Source: Eledone cirrhosa (Eukaryota). Taken from it: DNA of 64,000 nucleotides. The first letter of the stretch is position 1. The number at the start of each line of letters is the position of its first letter. The notes under the pieces were generated by a model that was not told the DNA's origin, searched no databases, and saw only the letters and a program-made list of their open reading frames with translations. Both the position numbers and the translations under genes were made by a program. The stretch covers positions 312,790,001 to 312,854,000 of the forward strand of contig OZ024740.1 of assembly GCA_964016885.1 (NCBI GenBank). Direction: 5' to 3'. Below are positions 12,560 to 27,742 of the stretch, one piece after another.

Positions 12560-12965
12560 CAATCTTTTCTCCACCCTACTGTTGTCCATTTTCAGAAACT
12601 TTCTTTCTTACCATAGATCCATTCATATATTGAATAATTGGATATACACACAGAAATGCATACACACACACGTAACAAAACCTGGTGAAGTTATAGAATG
12701 TTTCTTAAGCAGCTGGAAAGAAATCCACTGGTCTGTGATAATACATACACATTTACTCATACACAACCATTCAATAGAAAAGGATGTTTATTTATATGTA
12801 ACCAGTGAGCCGATATCTTGGTTGCTCCTGAGTATACCCCCCCCACATCATTCTGCCTTCTTGCACACCTGAAACAAATGACTATTTTTTTTATAACTGG
12901 TTTACCACATACCTTTCTTCATATTTCCACTCACACCTACTCCACTTCTCATTTCTCCAGATCCT

Positions 12966-12971
12966 AATAAA
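12966..12971 (+). promoter_or_regulatory. possible polyadenylation signal of the MOV10L1-like gene
   Basis: AATAAA about 400 nt after the stop; AT-rich context makes a chance match possible. Confidence 0.3.
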
Positions 12972-13123
12972 TAAATATCTCGTGAGTGAAAACTCTGAAA
13001 TCAAATTAGTTTATATTATTGGACAAAATACATTGTGGAATTTGTTCTTTCTCTTGACATTCTGAGCTCAAATCACACCAAGACCAACCTTGATTTTCAT
13101 CCTTCAGAAGCACCGGGGTCAAT

Positions 13124-13339
13124 TTAACCCTTTAGCATTTGCATTACTCTATACATACTATTGTATTTTATTGATAAAGACTTTACCTCACATAATATCG
13201 GATCTATGAGATTTTGATATTATTTATTTTGAGAACAATACCTTAACATCAGTATGAGCAGCCGGTTACAGCCTGTTTGAACAGAAAGAGGTGAGAGAAT
13301 TGTGACTGGATACAGCTGGTTTAAATGCTAAAGGGTTCA
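13124..13339. mobile_element. piggyBac-type MITE (other copies 13978-14191, 36055-36282, 37469-37683)
   Basis: TTAA-CCCTTTAGCATTT ... AAATGCTAAAGGG-TT(A/C/G)A termini; four related copies. Confidence 0.65.
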
Positions 13340-15714
13340 TTAACTCCTTCCCTGAAATTTCTAGTTTGTGCCTATGTTAAAAAACAGCTATTATTTTTAT
13401 GGCGTGTGATTTAGAAAAAGATCTGGTGTGTCAGTGTCTGTGTGAATGCCTTACAAGCGTTTAGTTTTGATCTCTTTGTTCTGAATGTAAACCTTTTGTA
13501 ATTTTAGTATTTCATCCATCTAGGATTGCTATACCAGTGATATACCAAAGACATTTCAAATTAATTAAATACCTTATCTCGAAAAATTGATTGTCATGAG
13601 CTTAATTTAAAAAAAACCAAAAACATTATCTTAAGTGTTAACAATATAGGTCACATTAATTTACTTTGGTTAATTCAGTTTACTTTTCCTCATCCTTTCA
13701 AGTTTCTGGCCTTTTGCCAAAGTGAGAAATCACTGTTGTTGTTGTTGTTATTATGTGGTGAGTAGCAGAGTAGGTGAGGGTCTCATGATGCCTGTTAAAG
13801 CTGCTGAGGTTGTTTTGGAACAATATAGAACAGCCCGCTCCATTGTCCTTTCTCTAAGAGTTTATGGTCATAATCACATTTCAGAAAATCATCATCACAT
13901 CCACCATTGTGTGGTAAGTACCCCAACACAAGTAAACTCTCTGTGACTGAATTCTCTGTGCTGGTTTCAATTCATGATTAACCCTTTAGTATTTACATTA
14001 CTCTATTTTTACTATTATACTTTCAAGGTAAAGGCTTTATCTCACATAATATCGAATCTATGAAATTTTGATATTATTTAGTTTGAGAACAATACCTTAA
14101 CATAAGTATGAGCAGCTGGTTACAGCTGTTGTGAATAGAAATAGATGAGAGTTCTGGCCAGATGTGGTTGGTTTAAATGCTAAAGGGTTGAACCTAATTC
14201 ATTTCATTTCTACCATTAATGCTCATGAGTAAACCATGAATATCACATTTCATTTATTACCCCCTCCCCTGTAAATTTGTGGTTTTCAGTGTAAGTAAAA
14301 CTACCATTATGACTGTTATTATTAAAGGTGTTAGATTCACAAAATCAGTAGAGCGTCAGACAAAATGCCTTGCTGTATTTCTTCTGGTTCCTTACATTCT
14401 GAATTAAAATCATGCAGAGATCAGCTTTGCTTTTCATCCTTCCGAGGTTGATAAAATAAAGTACCAGTTAAGTATTGGGGTCCATTTTCCAATTCCCCCA
14501 AATTGCTAGCCTTGTGCCTAAATTAGAAACCATTATTATGGCAATGGAGGTGACTGAGTGAGCAATGTTGAACTAAATGTAATTTTTTAGTAAAATGTAT
14601 TTTTCATCCTTCTTCACTCCTAGTACAAATCCTTCCATAATTTTTGGAACCTTTTTACACTTCTCATATACTAGGAGTGTATCCCGGCGTTGCACGGGTA
14701 AGAACATTAGCACCTCCAATGAGAAACGTTTATTTGTGAGTGCTTGTTAAAAACTCACGAAAATATACCGACAGGAAACTTGTTTTATTTGGAGAAAATT
14801 AAGAAGTTGAAAGTACAGTTTAGCTGTCTACGTACATTGTTCATAGAAATATTGTTGATCCCCTTCTTTTCATACTCCTCTGTTTTGGCCTATTGGAGTA
14901 AATGTGAAAGAGAAAGTCACAGGTTCAGTTGGCAGAAGGTTCCAGTGTCATAGCAGTAAGGCGTAGGCTACTTACCTCAAAAGTTCATTTGCACTCTTTC
15001 CACTAAGTTACTCTTTCTCTCTATCCCTCTTGGCGAATTTCTCGCGTAGGCCTGGTGTAGATTTGCACCCGATCCATCTATCCGATGTACATGTCCGCTT
15101 TGTACGGCTTTTGGAGGAAGGAGTGACCAGCAGTACGTTGTTCGGTATTATTATGAAAAGGGGTGGTGGATTGGCAGTATCGGTAGAGGGTTGGACGCCA
15201 TGCTATGACGCATAGTTGCGGCCCTTGCCATTCTGAGTTCAAATCCTGCCAAGGTTAACTTTGCCTTTCATCCTTACGGGGTCGATAAAATAAAATACCA
15301 GTCATGCACTGGGGTCGATTTAATCGGCTTTCCCCTCCCCCAAAATTGCTGGCCTTGTGCCTATATAAGAAACCATTATTACGAAAAGGTGTAGCAGAGT
15401 ATCCCGCGTGAACTAACAGCTCAGGAGGAAACTGCTTACCTCGAAGATTCATTCGCCCTCGTTCTTGTCAATGCTCCGTTTACTTGGTATTTGTCTACAG
15501 TGAGATGAATGGCGCACAAAGTGTTAATGTTTATTGGCAAGAAGTTTTTTGAATAATAAAAGACGGGTTAAAGTGCCCGTGTGTATATATATATATACAC
15601 ATATATACACCGGCCTGCCTGCCCAGCCAGTGGGATGGCGTCATTGTATGGCTAAAACAGCACATGCTGTGACCAGCGGGGCCGAATGGCGCCCGACAGA
15701 CTGGTCGGTCAAGG

Positions 15715-16241
15715 TGATATACATACACAGATATATATATACGTGTGTGTATGTATGCATATATCTGTGTGTGTGTGTGTATATATATGTGTGTATATGT
15801 ATGTATATATATGTTTAAAAAATCTTGCTAAACAAAGTCAGAAACGAAATATATATGTATATATATGTATGTATATATGTATGTATATATATATGTATAT
15901 ATATATATATGTATGTATGTATGTATATATGTATATATATATATATGTATGTATGTATATATGTATGTGTATGTATGTATATATATGTATGTATGTATGT
16001 ATATGTATGTATGTATGTATATGTATGTATGTATATATATATATATATGTATGTATGTATATATGTATATGTATGTATGTATATATATATATGTATGTAT
16101 ATATATATATGTATGTATATGTATGTATGTATATATATGTATATATGTATGTATGTATGTATATATGTATGTATGTATGTATATGTATGTATGTATGTAT
16201 ATGTATGTATGTATGTATGTATGTATATGTATGTATGTATG

Positions 16242-16273
<32 letters not shown>

Positions 16274-16364
16274 TATATATGTATGTATGTATATATATAT
16301 GTATGTATATATATATATGTATGTATATATATATATATGTATGTATATATATATATATGTATGT

Positions 16365-16423
<59 letters not shown>

Positions 16424-16433
16424 TATATGTATG

Positions 16434-16464
<31 letters not shown>

Positions 16465-16493
16465 ATGTATGTATGTATATATATATATGTATG

Positions 16494-16555
<62 letters not shown>

Positions 16556-16667
16556 TATGTATATATATATATGTATATATATATATATGTATATATATAT
16601 ATGTATGTATATATATATGTATGTATATATGTATGTATGTATATATGTATGTATATATATATGTATG

Positions 16668-16736
<69 letters not shown>

Positions 16737-16958
16737 GTATATATATATATGTATGTATATATATATATATGTATATATATATATGTATGTATATATATAT
16801 ATATGTATATATATATATGTATGTATATATATATATGTATATATATATATGTATGTATATATATATATGTATATATATATATGTATATATATGTATGTAT
16901 GTATATATATGTATGTATGTATATATATGTATGTATGTATATATATATATGTATGTAT

Positions 16959-16989
<31 letters not shown>

Positions 16990-17979
16990 TGTATATATGT
17001 ATGTATATATGTATATATATATGTATGTATATATGTATATATATATATATGTATATATGTATATATATGTATATATGTATATATATGTATGTATATATAT
17101 CTATATATATATATGTATGTATATATATCTATATATATATATGTATGTATATATATCTATATATATATATGTATGTATATATATCTATATATATATATGT
17201 ATGTATATATATCTATATATATATATGTATGTATATATATCTATATATATATATGTATGTATATATATCTATATATATATATGTATGTATATATATCTAT
17301 ATATATATATGTATGTATATATATCTATATATATATATGTATGTATATATATCTATATATATATATGTATGTATATATATCTATATATATATATGTATGT
17401 ATATATATCTATATATATATATGTATGTATATATATCTATATATATATATGTATGTATATATATCTATATATGTATGTATATATATCTATATATATATAT
17501 GTATGTATATATATCTATATATATATATGTATGTATATATATCTATATATATATATGTATGTATATATATCTATATATATATATGTATGTATGTATATAT
17601 ATGTATGTATGTATGTATATATATATATGTATGTATGTATGTATATATATATATATGTATGTATATATATATATATATATGTATGTATATATATATATAT
17701 ATATGTATGTATATATATATGTATGTATGTATATATATATATATGTATGTATATATATATATGTATGTATATATATATATATATATGTATGTATATATAT
17801 ATATATATATGTATGTATATATATATATATATATGTATGTATATATATATATATATATGTATGTATATATATATATATATATGTATGTATATATATATAT
17901 ATATATGTATGTATATATATATATATGTATGTATGTATATATATATGTATGTATGTATATATATATATATGTATGTATG

Positions 17980-18010
<31 letters not shown>

Positions 18011-18019
18011 GTATGTATG

Positions 18020-18066
<47 letters not shown>

Positions 18067-18311
18067 GTATGTATGTATATGTATATATATGTATGTATGT
18101 ATATGTATATATATGTATGTATGTATATATATATATATGTATGTATGTATATATATATATGTATGTATGTATATATATATATATGTATGTATGTATATAT
18201 ATATGTATGTATGTATGTATATATATATATGTATGTATGTATATATATATATGTATGTATGTATATATATATATGTATGTATGTATATATATATATATGT
18301 ATGTATGTATG

Positions 18312-18346
<35 letters not shown>

Positions 18347-18371
18347 GTATATATATATATATGTATGTATG

Positions 18372-18408
<37 letters not shown>

Positions 18409-18431
18409 GTATATATATATATGTATGTATG

Positions 18432-18466
<35 letters not shown>

Positions 18467-18571
18467 GTATATATATATATGTATGTATGTATGTATATAT
18501 ATATATATATGTATGTATGTATATATATATATGTATGTATGTATGTATATATATATATATATGTATGTATG

Positions 18572-18602
<31 letters not shown>

Positions 18603-18647
18603 GTATATATATATATATATATGTATGTATATATATATATATGTATG

Positions 18648-18678
<31 letters not shown>

Positions 18679-18892
18679 ATATATGTATGTATGTATTTAT
18701 ATGTATGTATGTATATATATATATGTATGTATGTATATATATATGTATGTATGTATATATATATATGTATGTATGTATATATATATATGTATGTATGTAT
18801 ATATATATATGTATGTATGTATATATATGTATGTATGTATATATATATATGTATGTATGTAATATATATGTATGTATGTATATATATATATG

Positions 18893-18924
<32 letters not shown>

Positions 18925-18944
18925 TATATATGTATGTATGTATA

Positions 18945-18980
<36 letters not shown>

Positions 18981-19136
18981 TGTATATATATGTATGTATG
19001 TATGTATATATATATATGTATGTATGTATATATGTATGTATGTATATATATATATATGTATGTATATATATATATATATATGTATGTATATATATATATA
19101 TATATGTATGTATATATATATATATATATATGTATG

Positions 19137-19174
<38 letters not shown>

Positions 19175-19293
19175 TGTATGTATATATATATATATGTATG
19201 TATATATATATATATATGTATGTATATATATATATATATGTATGTATATATATATATATGTATGTATATATATATATGTATGTATGTATATAT

Positions 19294-19327
<34 letters not shown>

Positions 19328-19335
19328 GTATATAT

Positions 19336-19369
<34 letters not shown>

Positions 19370-19401
19370 GTATGTATATATATATATATATATGTATGTA
19401 T

Positions 19402-19435
<34 letters not shown>

Positions 19436-19436
19436 G

Positions 19437-19473
<37 letters not shown>

Positions 19474-20017
19474 ATATATATATATATATATGTATGTATA
19501 TATATCTCTATATATATATATGTATGTATATATATCTCTATATATATATATATGTATGTATATATATCTCTATATATATATATATGTATGTATATATATC
19601 TCTATATATATATATATGTATGTATATATATCTCTATATATATATATATGTATGTATATATATCTCTATATATATATATATGTATGTATATATATCTCTA
19701 TATATATATGTATGTATATATATATCTCTATATATATATATATGTATGTATATATATCTCTATATATATATGTATGTATATATATCTCTATATATATATA
19801 TATGTATGTATATATATCTCTATATATATATATATGTATGTATATATATCTCTATATATATATATATGTATGTATATATATCTCTATATATATATATATG
19901 TATGTATATATGTATCTATATATATATATATGTATGTATATATGTATCTATATATATATATGTATGTATAGGTGTGTGTGTGTATATACACATATATTTT
20001 TATGTGTATATATATAT
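15715..20017. repeat. ~4.3-kb compound (TA)n/(TATG)n microsatellite (short continuation 20296-20510)
   Basis: Seen directly; produces the spurious 1000-1400 aa Y/I/C/M/V ORFs. Confidence 0.98.
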
Positions 20018-20295
20018 CTAAAGTCTGTCTTAAGCCAGAAGGCTCATATGGCCGGTGCTTATCCCCGGTTTCATGGCGTGAAGTGACTGAGAGTACAAGA
20101 CTCCCCTCCCCTAGACAGGACACCAGTCCATCGCAGGGTTAAACCTCCAGCTATTGCTGGTACTCCTTTTTCAGGTGAGTAAACTGGAGCAACGTGAAAT
20201 GAAATGTTTTGCTCAAGAACACAACACGCAGCCCAGGAATCGAACCCATTAATTGTAAGTCCAACACTCTTACCACTAGGCCATGTGCCTCCACT
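20018..20295 (-). mobile_element. second tRNA-derived SINE family, MetaSINE-like core (copies ~28890-29330, 32370-32610, 40820-41035, 49107-49378, 49600-49985, 61465-61610)
   Basis: GGAGGCACATGGCCTAGTGGTAAG head; AACCCTGCGATGGACTGG..GAAACCGGGGATAAGC core; AAGACAGACTTTA tail. Superfamily name is from memory. Confidence 0.65.
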
Positions 20296-20296
20296 A

Positions 20297-20327
<31 letters not shown>

Positions 20328-23300
20328 GTGTGTATATGTATATATGTGTGTGTATATGTATATATGTGTGTGTATATGTATATATATATGTGTATATGTG
20401 TGTGTATATGTATATATATATGTGTATATGTATATATATATGTGTATATACATATATATATGTATATACAAGTATATATGTATATATATATATATGTGTG
20501 TGTGTGTATGTAGCGAAGATTATACGTCAGCAATGACGTGTTCGTCAGAATGTCGTTATGCAGACAGATATTATAAGGGCTCGACGGAGATCATTAACCG
20601 GCGCCTAACACCCCTTTAACAGAAAATTGAAAAATAAAAACTGCAGTTAGTATCTTTACAACAGCAAGGAATATATAAATGCAAGTTTGATGTCAATCGC
20701 GTGCGCGCGCGCGCACACACACTCACTCACTCACACTCTCTCTCTTTATATATATAGATAAAAAAGCTGACTACGTGTTTAGTCAAAACTGACTGTTTTC
20801 AGTCAAAGGTGAGTGTTTTCAGTGAAAGTATATACAACTATTTAAAGTGGCAGAGGAATTGACTACATTTCCATTACGAATTTGTGTCCTTGGACAAATG
20901 TAAGAAATCCTTATTATTTGGCAGAATTGTTAGAGCATTGGACAAAATGCTTTATGGTATTTATTCTGAGTTCAAATCCCACAGATTAATTTTACTTTCT
21001 CTCTTTTGGGGATTGATAAAATAAAGTACCAGTCAAATACCAGGGTTCATGTAATCAACTGTTCTTCTCTCGACAAATTTCTGGTCTTATGCTTATGTTA
21101 GAAATTATTTTATTACTAGATGAGGGTGATGTCATCATCTTGCTCTTTCTGTCACACACACACACACACTTTCTCTCTCTCTCTAAACAAATGGCGTTCC
21201 TTTTCTCTATCTATGTACATATCTTTCACTTGCCCCCCCCCCCCCCCCCCATCTCTCTATATAGATGAGGGCAACATTGTAACTTTCTGTCACCTCAAAA
21301 ACACACGGTGTTCCCTTTTCTCTATTTATATATCTCTTGCTTGATACTCCCCCACTCTATATAAAGTGAGTGTGACAGAGAGACTGAAATGCCATGATGG
21401 ACACAGTCAAACAGCTAGAGTGGTACCCTAATGACTGGCTGCACCTGTGGCACCAGTTGCAGGAACTTGATTGAATTTCACTTTAATTAACGTGATATAC
21501 ACTTCTTACCACCTCATTCCCCCTCATCTATAAAGTTGTAGCAGTTTTGTGCTTAAGAAAGAAATGATTATTATTATTATTATTGGCAGGATTGGTAGAG
21601 CATCGGATAAAATGCTTTTGCAGTATTTTTTTCTAGCTTTTTAGATTCTGAGTCCAAATCCCATTTAGGTCAACTTTGCCTTTCATCCTTCTAGGATTGA
21701 TAAAATAAAGTACCAGTACTTAGGCTGGTATAATCAACTACCTCTCCTCCAAATTGCTGGCCTTGTGCCTAAATTAAAAATTCTAATTAAGATGGTGGAC
21801 GACTGAATCATTAGAGTGCTGGATAAAATGTTTTGCTGTATTTAGTTATGCCCTTTTGTGTTCTGAATTCAAATCCTGCTGAGGCTAATTTTGCCCTTTT
21901 TTCCTTTTGGGGTTGATAAATTAAATATTACTCATGTATTAGGGGGTTAATTAAATTGACTATCTCTATAAATTTGGGGTTTTGTGCCAAAGTTAGAAAC
22001 CGTTTTTATTGTGAGTGATTGAGAAACATAGTCAACAAAGCACAGAAAAATGAAAGGTGAAGTCTATCACAGTTGGATTTGAGACAAGAGAGAAAAAGAA
22101 TATTAAGAGTATTTAGTTTCGTAGCTCTACATTTCAAATCCTGTTGTGGTTAACTTTATGTTCAATTCCTCTGATGTTGATAATATAAGTACCAGTCATA
22201 TACTGGTACCTCTGTATATATCTACATCATACTTCCTTTACAGATTTGTGGTTTTATGCCAATGTAACATCATTAGTTTTTCTTCAGAACATTTCATATT
22301 TTCTTTAAAATTAGTTGTTTATTCATGATTATTATCAATAAAATTGATTGATTTGATTATTGATGCAAGTTTAGAAAAAAAAAAAAAAACACATACACAC
22401 ACACAAACACCCAAACAAACATATTCCATATTTCAACTAACTTTAAGGATCTATATTGATGATAACACCAGCACATTAGCAAGAGACAATCTCTGGAAAA
22501 AAAATCATACCAATTATTTTCGTGTTATCCTTCATTGGTTAATGAAGAACATGTATGGAGTTGTGTTATAAGATGTGTGGAGCTGAGGAGTTGTGCCATA
22601 ACATGTGTGCAGTTGAGCCACAACATTCTATACAGTCTCTACTATATCATCTCTGCAATCTTTCTCTGTGTTTCATTTACTTAAATATTCTTTTTTCATC
22701 ATATTGTTCTTGATAAATGATAAATATATTGCAGTTATGAATATAAATATTGTACAGTTATGTTCTAATTAAGCTATGATTTATTATAAAATGTGGATTG
22801 TAATTCAAAATAGAATAAACACTGTGTTTATATTAATTAGCATATATTTATAATTCTGATCTGATAGTAAGGTATTCTTTTATATTAATTAACAAGGATA
22901 ATAACAGCTCTGTAGGTCAAGAAGTTCACTTTGTAACTAAGTGTTTTGATGTTATTTCAATACACATCACCTGGGACAAGTCTCTCCGACTATAACTTAG
23001 GATTGACCAATGTATTGTGAATGAAATATAGCAGATGGAAAGTGTGGAAGCCCAAAGACCATGGATCTGTACTTGGAAAGTCCCTCCTCCTAAACTCAGG
23101 CTTGGGTGAGGTTTTTTGGAAGACCAGCAGTTACCTGTACATGCATGCCTCTCTTCTCCACATCACTGATGAAGTCCAAAGAAAAAAGCAATGGCCAATA
23201 CAGTTTAGAACCAGTGGCACTATTAGAATGCAAAGTGTCTGAATATATATTGCAAGGCATCTCATCTGATACTTTAACAAATTACCAATCTGGATTAGAC

Positions 23301-26300
23301 TGGTACTTCATATTTAGAGGTATGAATATATCTTGTGGTGTTCATATCTTTAATAGAGATAAGTAAGAGAATTTAGTTTGGTTCTCATTTTATTAAATGG
23401 TTAAGTATTAGGGTTGATATAATTGACTAAAACCTTTGGAAGCGGTGACTCAGTATGGTTTCACTCCAATGACTGACACCATTATAAGAATATATTGTAG
23501 ACATAAAAATTAATTAAAAAAATCTCTTAAGATATGAAAGAGAAATAGAAGCTTCACTGTAATATTTTGATGACATAATATAGTCTAACAATGGCACATA
23601 TAAACCCACTGAACAGAAAAAGAACAAGGGGAAAAAATTATCAAGTCTCTGATGTTTCTATGTGTGCTGATACCCATCTTTTTTCTGTTCAGTGGGTTTA
23701 TATGCCCCATTATTAGGGTATATTATGTAGTTAAAATATTACAGCAAAGCTTCTATTTCTGTTTCAATTCTAAACTTTGCTCACTGCGTTCGAAACATAC
23801 TTCTTCTTAAGATATATTTTTTAGAGATTGCTAGGTATTCTTTTTAATTTAGTTTAATGTAGTTATGATAAAAATTCTTGAGATGTAATTTGAGATTTCT
23901 TTTGAAGTTTAAAATATTAGTGATAATGATAAAATCCTGTAAAACAATATTCTTATTAATTGCCCCATTTGTTATGATAGCATATCATAGTTATAACACT
24001 TAAGTATGTTATATGTATGTGCATACTTAAATATATATATGCATGGACCTGTAACTAATGAGGGAGTTGTTAGGGTGCTATATTGACATACAGCATTTCT
24101 TGAGCATTTTAAAAACCTGGTAGAGCCTGTCTCCTCGCCAGGTTATATATATATACCTATGCATAAATAAACATTTAAATCTCATATCTTAAAACAAACT
24201 TTAAACTACATTATATCTAGACATTTGATATACGTCTAACTAAAACTATATAATACAGCTGTATCACAGCTAACAATCTAAAAGAAGAGAAACAAATGTA
24301 GGATGATGTAGAAACACGAGACTTTAATTTTTTTCCTGTTCTTTATAAAATATGTTAATGCCATGTGTTGGAGTTTTATGGAACTGTATTCTTACTTCTA
24401 TAAACATTTATATTACAACTGTTAAAGGTTATTGCTATTATTTCTGTTGTTTACTAATGCAATAACCACCAACATTTTGACTTGTACATAAACTTATTTC
24501 AATGATATTGTAGATCTGAATATAAAATAATTGTCTTCTCTGACTTTATGTAGTTTATTGTCTTTCATTGAATATTTATATTCTGTCTGTTTTTATTTGC
24601 TCCTTCCTTTCTGTCCTTCTCCTCTTCCACCTTTCTCTCCCATTGGCTTTGCTTTAGATTAATTAGAACTTGCTTATAACCATAGTTGCTTTATAATGCT
24701 TTCTTGAATGTATTGTGTGATCGTTCTTCATCCATTTATTCCTGAGAGGGTCGTGGTGGACAGTCCTCAAACACTCTTTCCAGTGGGTTCTGTCAGGAGC
24801 AAACATCTCCAACTGAAACCAGTCAAGCTCATGAGATGTTATCCATCTTGCTCTGGGTCAACCCTTGGGTCTCCTGCCAGTTGGTTTTGTCCATAAAATC
24901 TGTCCAATTTTTCCCTGAGACATTCTAACTACATACCCATAGTATTGGAGCTGTAATCTGTGTGATCCTGATAGGTAAATTGATTACAGAAGGGTTAAAA
25001 AAAATCTTTTGACTGTCAGCCATTGCCTAATGACATGCTTGATCAGTGAGAGCCATATGAATATTCTTTTTTCAGTACTTTCAGTCATTAGACTGTGACC
25101 ATGCTGGGGCACCACTTTTAGCAGGTTTAATGATTATGTCAACATGCACTCAGAACCAGATTTAGACCTTGGAGTGGCCTGGGGCAGTTCAAGTTTTGTT
25201 GGTCCCTCGCGGTCATCCAGACTGGCAACTACTGGCTCTGGCCACCTTTGAGTCTTAAACATTTCTCTCTACTTTTCAGCCCCTTGGATTGTGTCTACCA
25301 TTATTATATTCCATAGCGCCTGATGCTGTCACCAGGTTCCTACAGAACCTGGTGATTGAAATGTGCCTAGTGTTTGTAATAAATCTTTAGGGAATTTCAC
25401 CAATAATATATATATATGTATGTATGCACACATAAGTAGGAAGACACAGAGAGAGAAGAGGGGGCCTGTTTGATGAAGTGAACCCAGAGCATTCGTCTTC
25501 ACCATCCCCCGATTAATCCACTTTGTTTAGTACTTATTTTATCAACCTAGTAATGAAAGAAAAGCAAAGTTGACCTGGGTGTAATCAGAGCAGGAAAGAA
25601 TATCAGAAGTTATGTGTATAGCTGATTATATCAACACTAGTCCTCGGGACCAGATTTAGACGTGGGGTGTGGGGCAGTTCAGGTTTGGTGGGCCCCTTAT
25701 ATATCACACACATATAAATCTCAAAAGAGGACAACTCATCTAACCCTTGCTATTAAATGGTGATATATGCACACATAAGCAGGAAGAGAGAGAGAAGGTT
25801 GGGGCTCTTGATGAGGGGAGCCCAGGGCATTCACCCCCAATCTGTTAACACTTTATTTGGTATTTATTTTATCAACCTAGTAATGGAAGAAAAGCAAAGT
25901 TGACCTGGGTGTAACCAGAGCAAAACAATATCAGAAGTTATTATGTGTGTAGTTGTACGAAAAATACAGTGGGATCATAGCTGACAGAGAAGAACTTCAT
26001 ATGTAGCAGATGTGTAGGAGTAATTAGCAGTAAGATTACTAAAAATAGTTGATAGCTTGTGTTACTTAATATGTAGCAGATTTGTAGGAGTAATTAGCAG
26101 TAAGACTACTGAGGAAATGGATTGTTTACACTGTCAAGAAAGATTGCTAGAAGTAGTTGATTGCTTGTGTTACTTAAGTAGGTTATGTTGGGAAAGTAAA
26201 GCAGCCAAAATAAGGTTAGGGTGGTAAACATGCAAGGATCTATTTTTTTACCTTTGTTATCAACAAAAGGCTTCTCTCTCTCAGCGAAGGTCATATTGTG

Positions 26301-27742
26301 TGAAACTTGTGTAGAAAGTGTTATATTGTATAATCGTAAAAGATTGAATGCAGAGGATGGAAAGAAATGAGACAAACATGCCCCAGTAGATCTATATTAT
26401 CAAGTATGAACAATGGAGTACAGATAAGCTGGGAGAAAAACTGTGCATAAGATATATAGTTTCCCTTTCACTTTAGTTTTCTTTTAACTTATTTTTGTTC
26501 CCACACTCTGCAGAACTGTAAATTTATATAGGTGTCATGACGAAACGCACCCAGTCCACACTGTAGTGATTGTGTAGGTGTCATGACAAAAAGCACCCAG
26601 CTCACATTGTAAAGTGGTTGGTGTTAGGAAGGGTATCCAACTGTAGAAACCAAGCCCAAATCAGTTCCATATAAGCAAGACATGGTCATCTGATGTGGCT
26701 TGTCTCACAATGGGACAACTCATCTAACCCATGCTATCATGGAAAAATGGATGTTAAACGATGATGATGAAGACCAGTACTGGAGAGGTTGTCATATTTT
26801 TAACACAGCTGAAAAGTCTTCCCGACCCTTTGTTTGGCGAAGTATATATTTTATCATTATTATTGATGAAACATTAACAATCAAAATACAGGATCAAACT
26901 TAATAGAAATAGTTTATTGGCTTCTGATTTAGACACATGGCCAACAATTTGGGGAAGGGGAAAGTCAATTAAATCGACCCAGTGCATGACTGGTACTTTA
27001 TTTCATCGAACCTGTAAGGATGAAAGGCAAAGCTAACCTCAGCGGGATTTGAACTCAGAGCATAAAGAGTCATAACTTTATGCCACAAAGCCTGCTCTAC
27101 CGATACTGTCAATAATATATTATTATATAGGATGATGATGATGATGATGAAGTCATACTTTGAATTTGTGGTTTTGGAATAATATGAATTTGTGTTGTTT
27201 ATACATTCTCTATACAGTTACCAACCTGGCCCAAACCAGCTCTGGTTCTATGAAATAAAGTCACCCATTTTAAAGGTTTCCAATTTAAATTAAAATCTTT
27301 CAACATAATTTTATATAAGAACCTTACATTAAGTTAATATCTTAGTAATGAAATAATTCATAATTTTAGTAAATCCCTAAAAGATTCTTCATTAATTAAT
27401 TAAAATAGAGTGTATTTCATTAGAAATGTGATCATGAAAGGGTTAATAATGAAGGTAAAATTGGGAATTAAAAATGGATTGTTATTCATGATATTATATG
27501 TTTGGTGTGGAAATTAGCATTTAATCTTTTGCTTTGGGTTCAGTTTAATCCTACTTTTTAAAACTTTTCATTGTGCGATTCTGTGAAATACTATTGTACA
27601 ACTGTGAAATATTATTTTACAACTGTTCATCTGTTTTATTTCAGTGAATTGTCTTTGTCCAATTATCATTGTAGAAATGATCTGACACTGCTCCTTATAC
27701 TTTAAAGTTAGAGGTTCATCAATCTATTCTGTTTGACCAGAA

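Larger units (their letters stand above)
14671..20758 (-). mobile_element. non-autonomous Helitron-like element enclosing the large TA/TATG array and nested SINEs
   Basis: Minus-strand A|TCTATATATATAAAG 5' end at 20758; CCCG..CGGG hairpin then CTAG|T 3' end at 14671; both ends CpG-richer than the flanks; pairing of the two ends is inferred. Confidence 0.55.

Noticed and set aside
15686-20086. 1058-1398 aa ORFs
   Set aside because: They are translations of a stop-free TA/TG microsatellite, open in all three frames, so not genes.
25150-26180. Local tandem duplications (25425-25620 vs 25765-25950; ~26000-26110)
   Set aside because: Ordinary duplicated MITE/SINE debris with no coding or structural signal.
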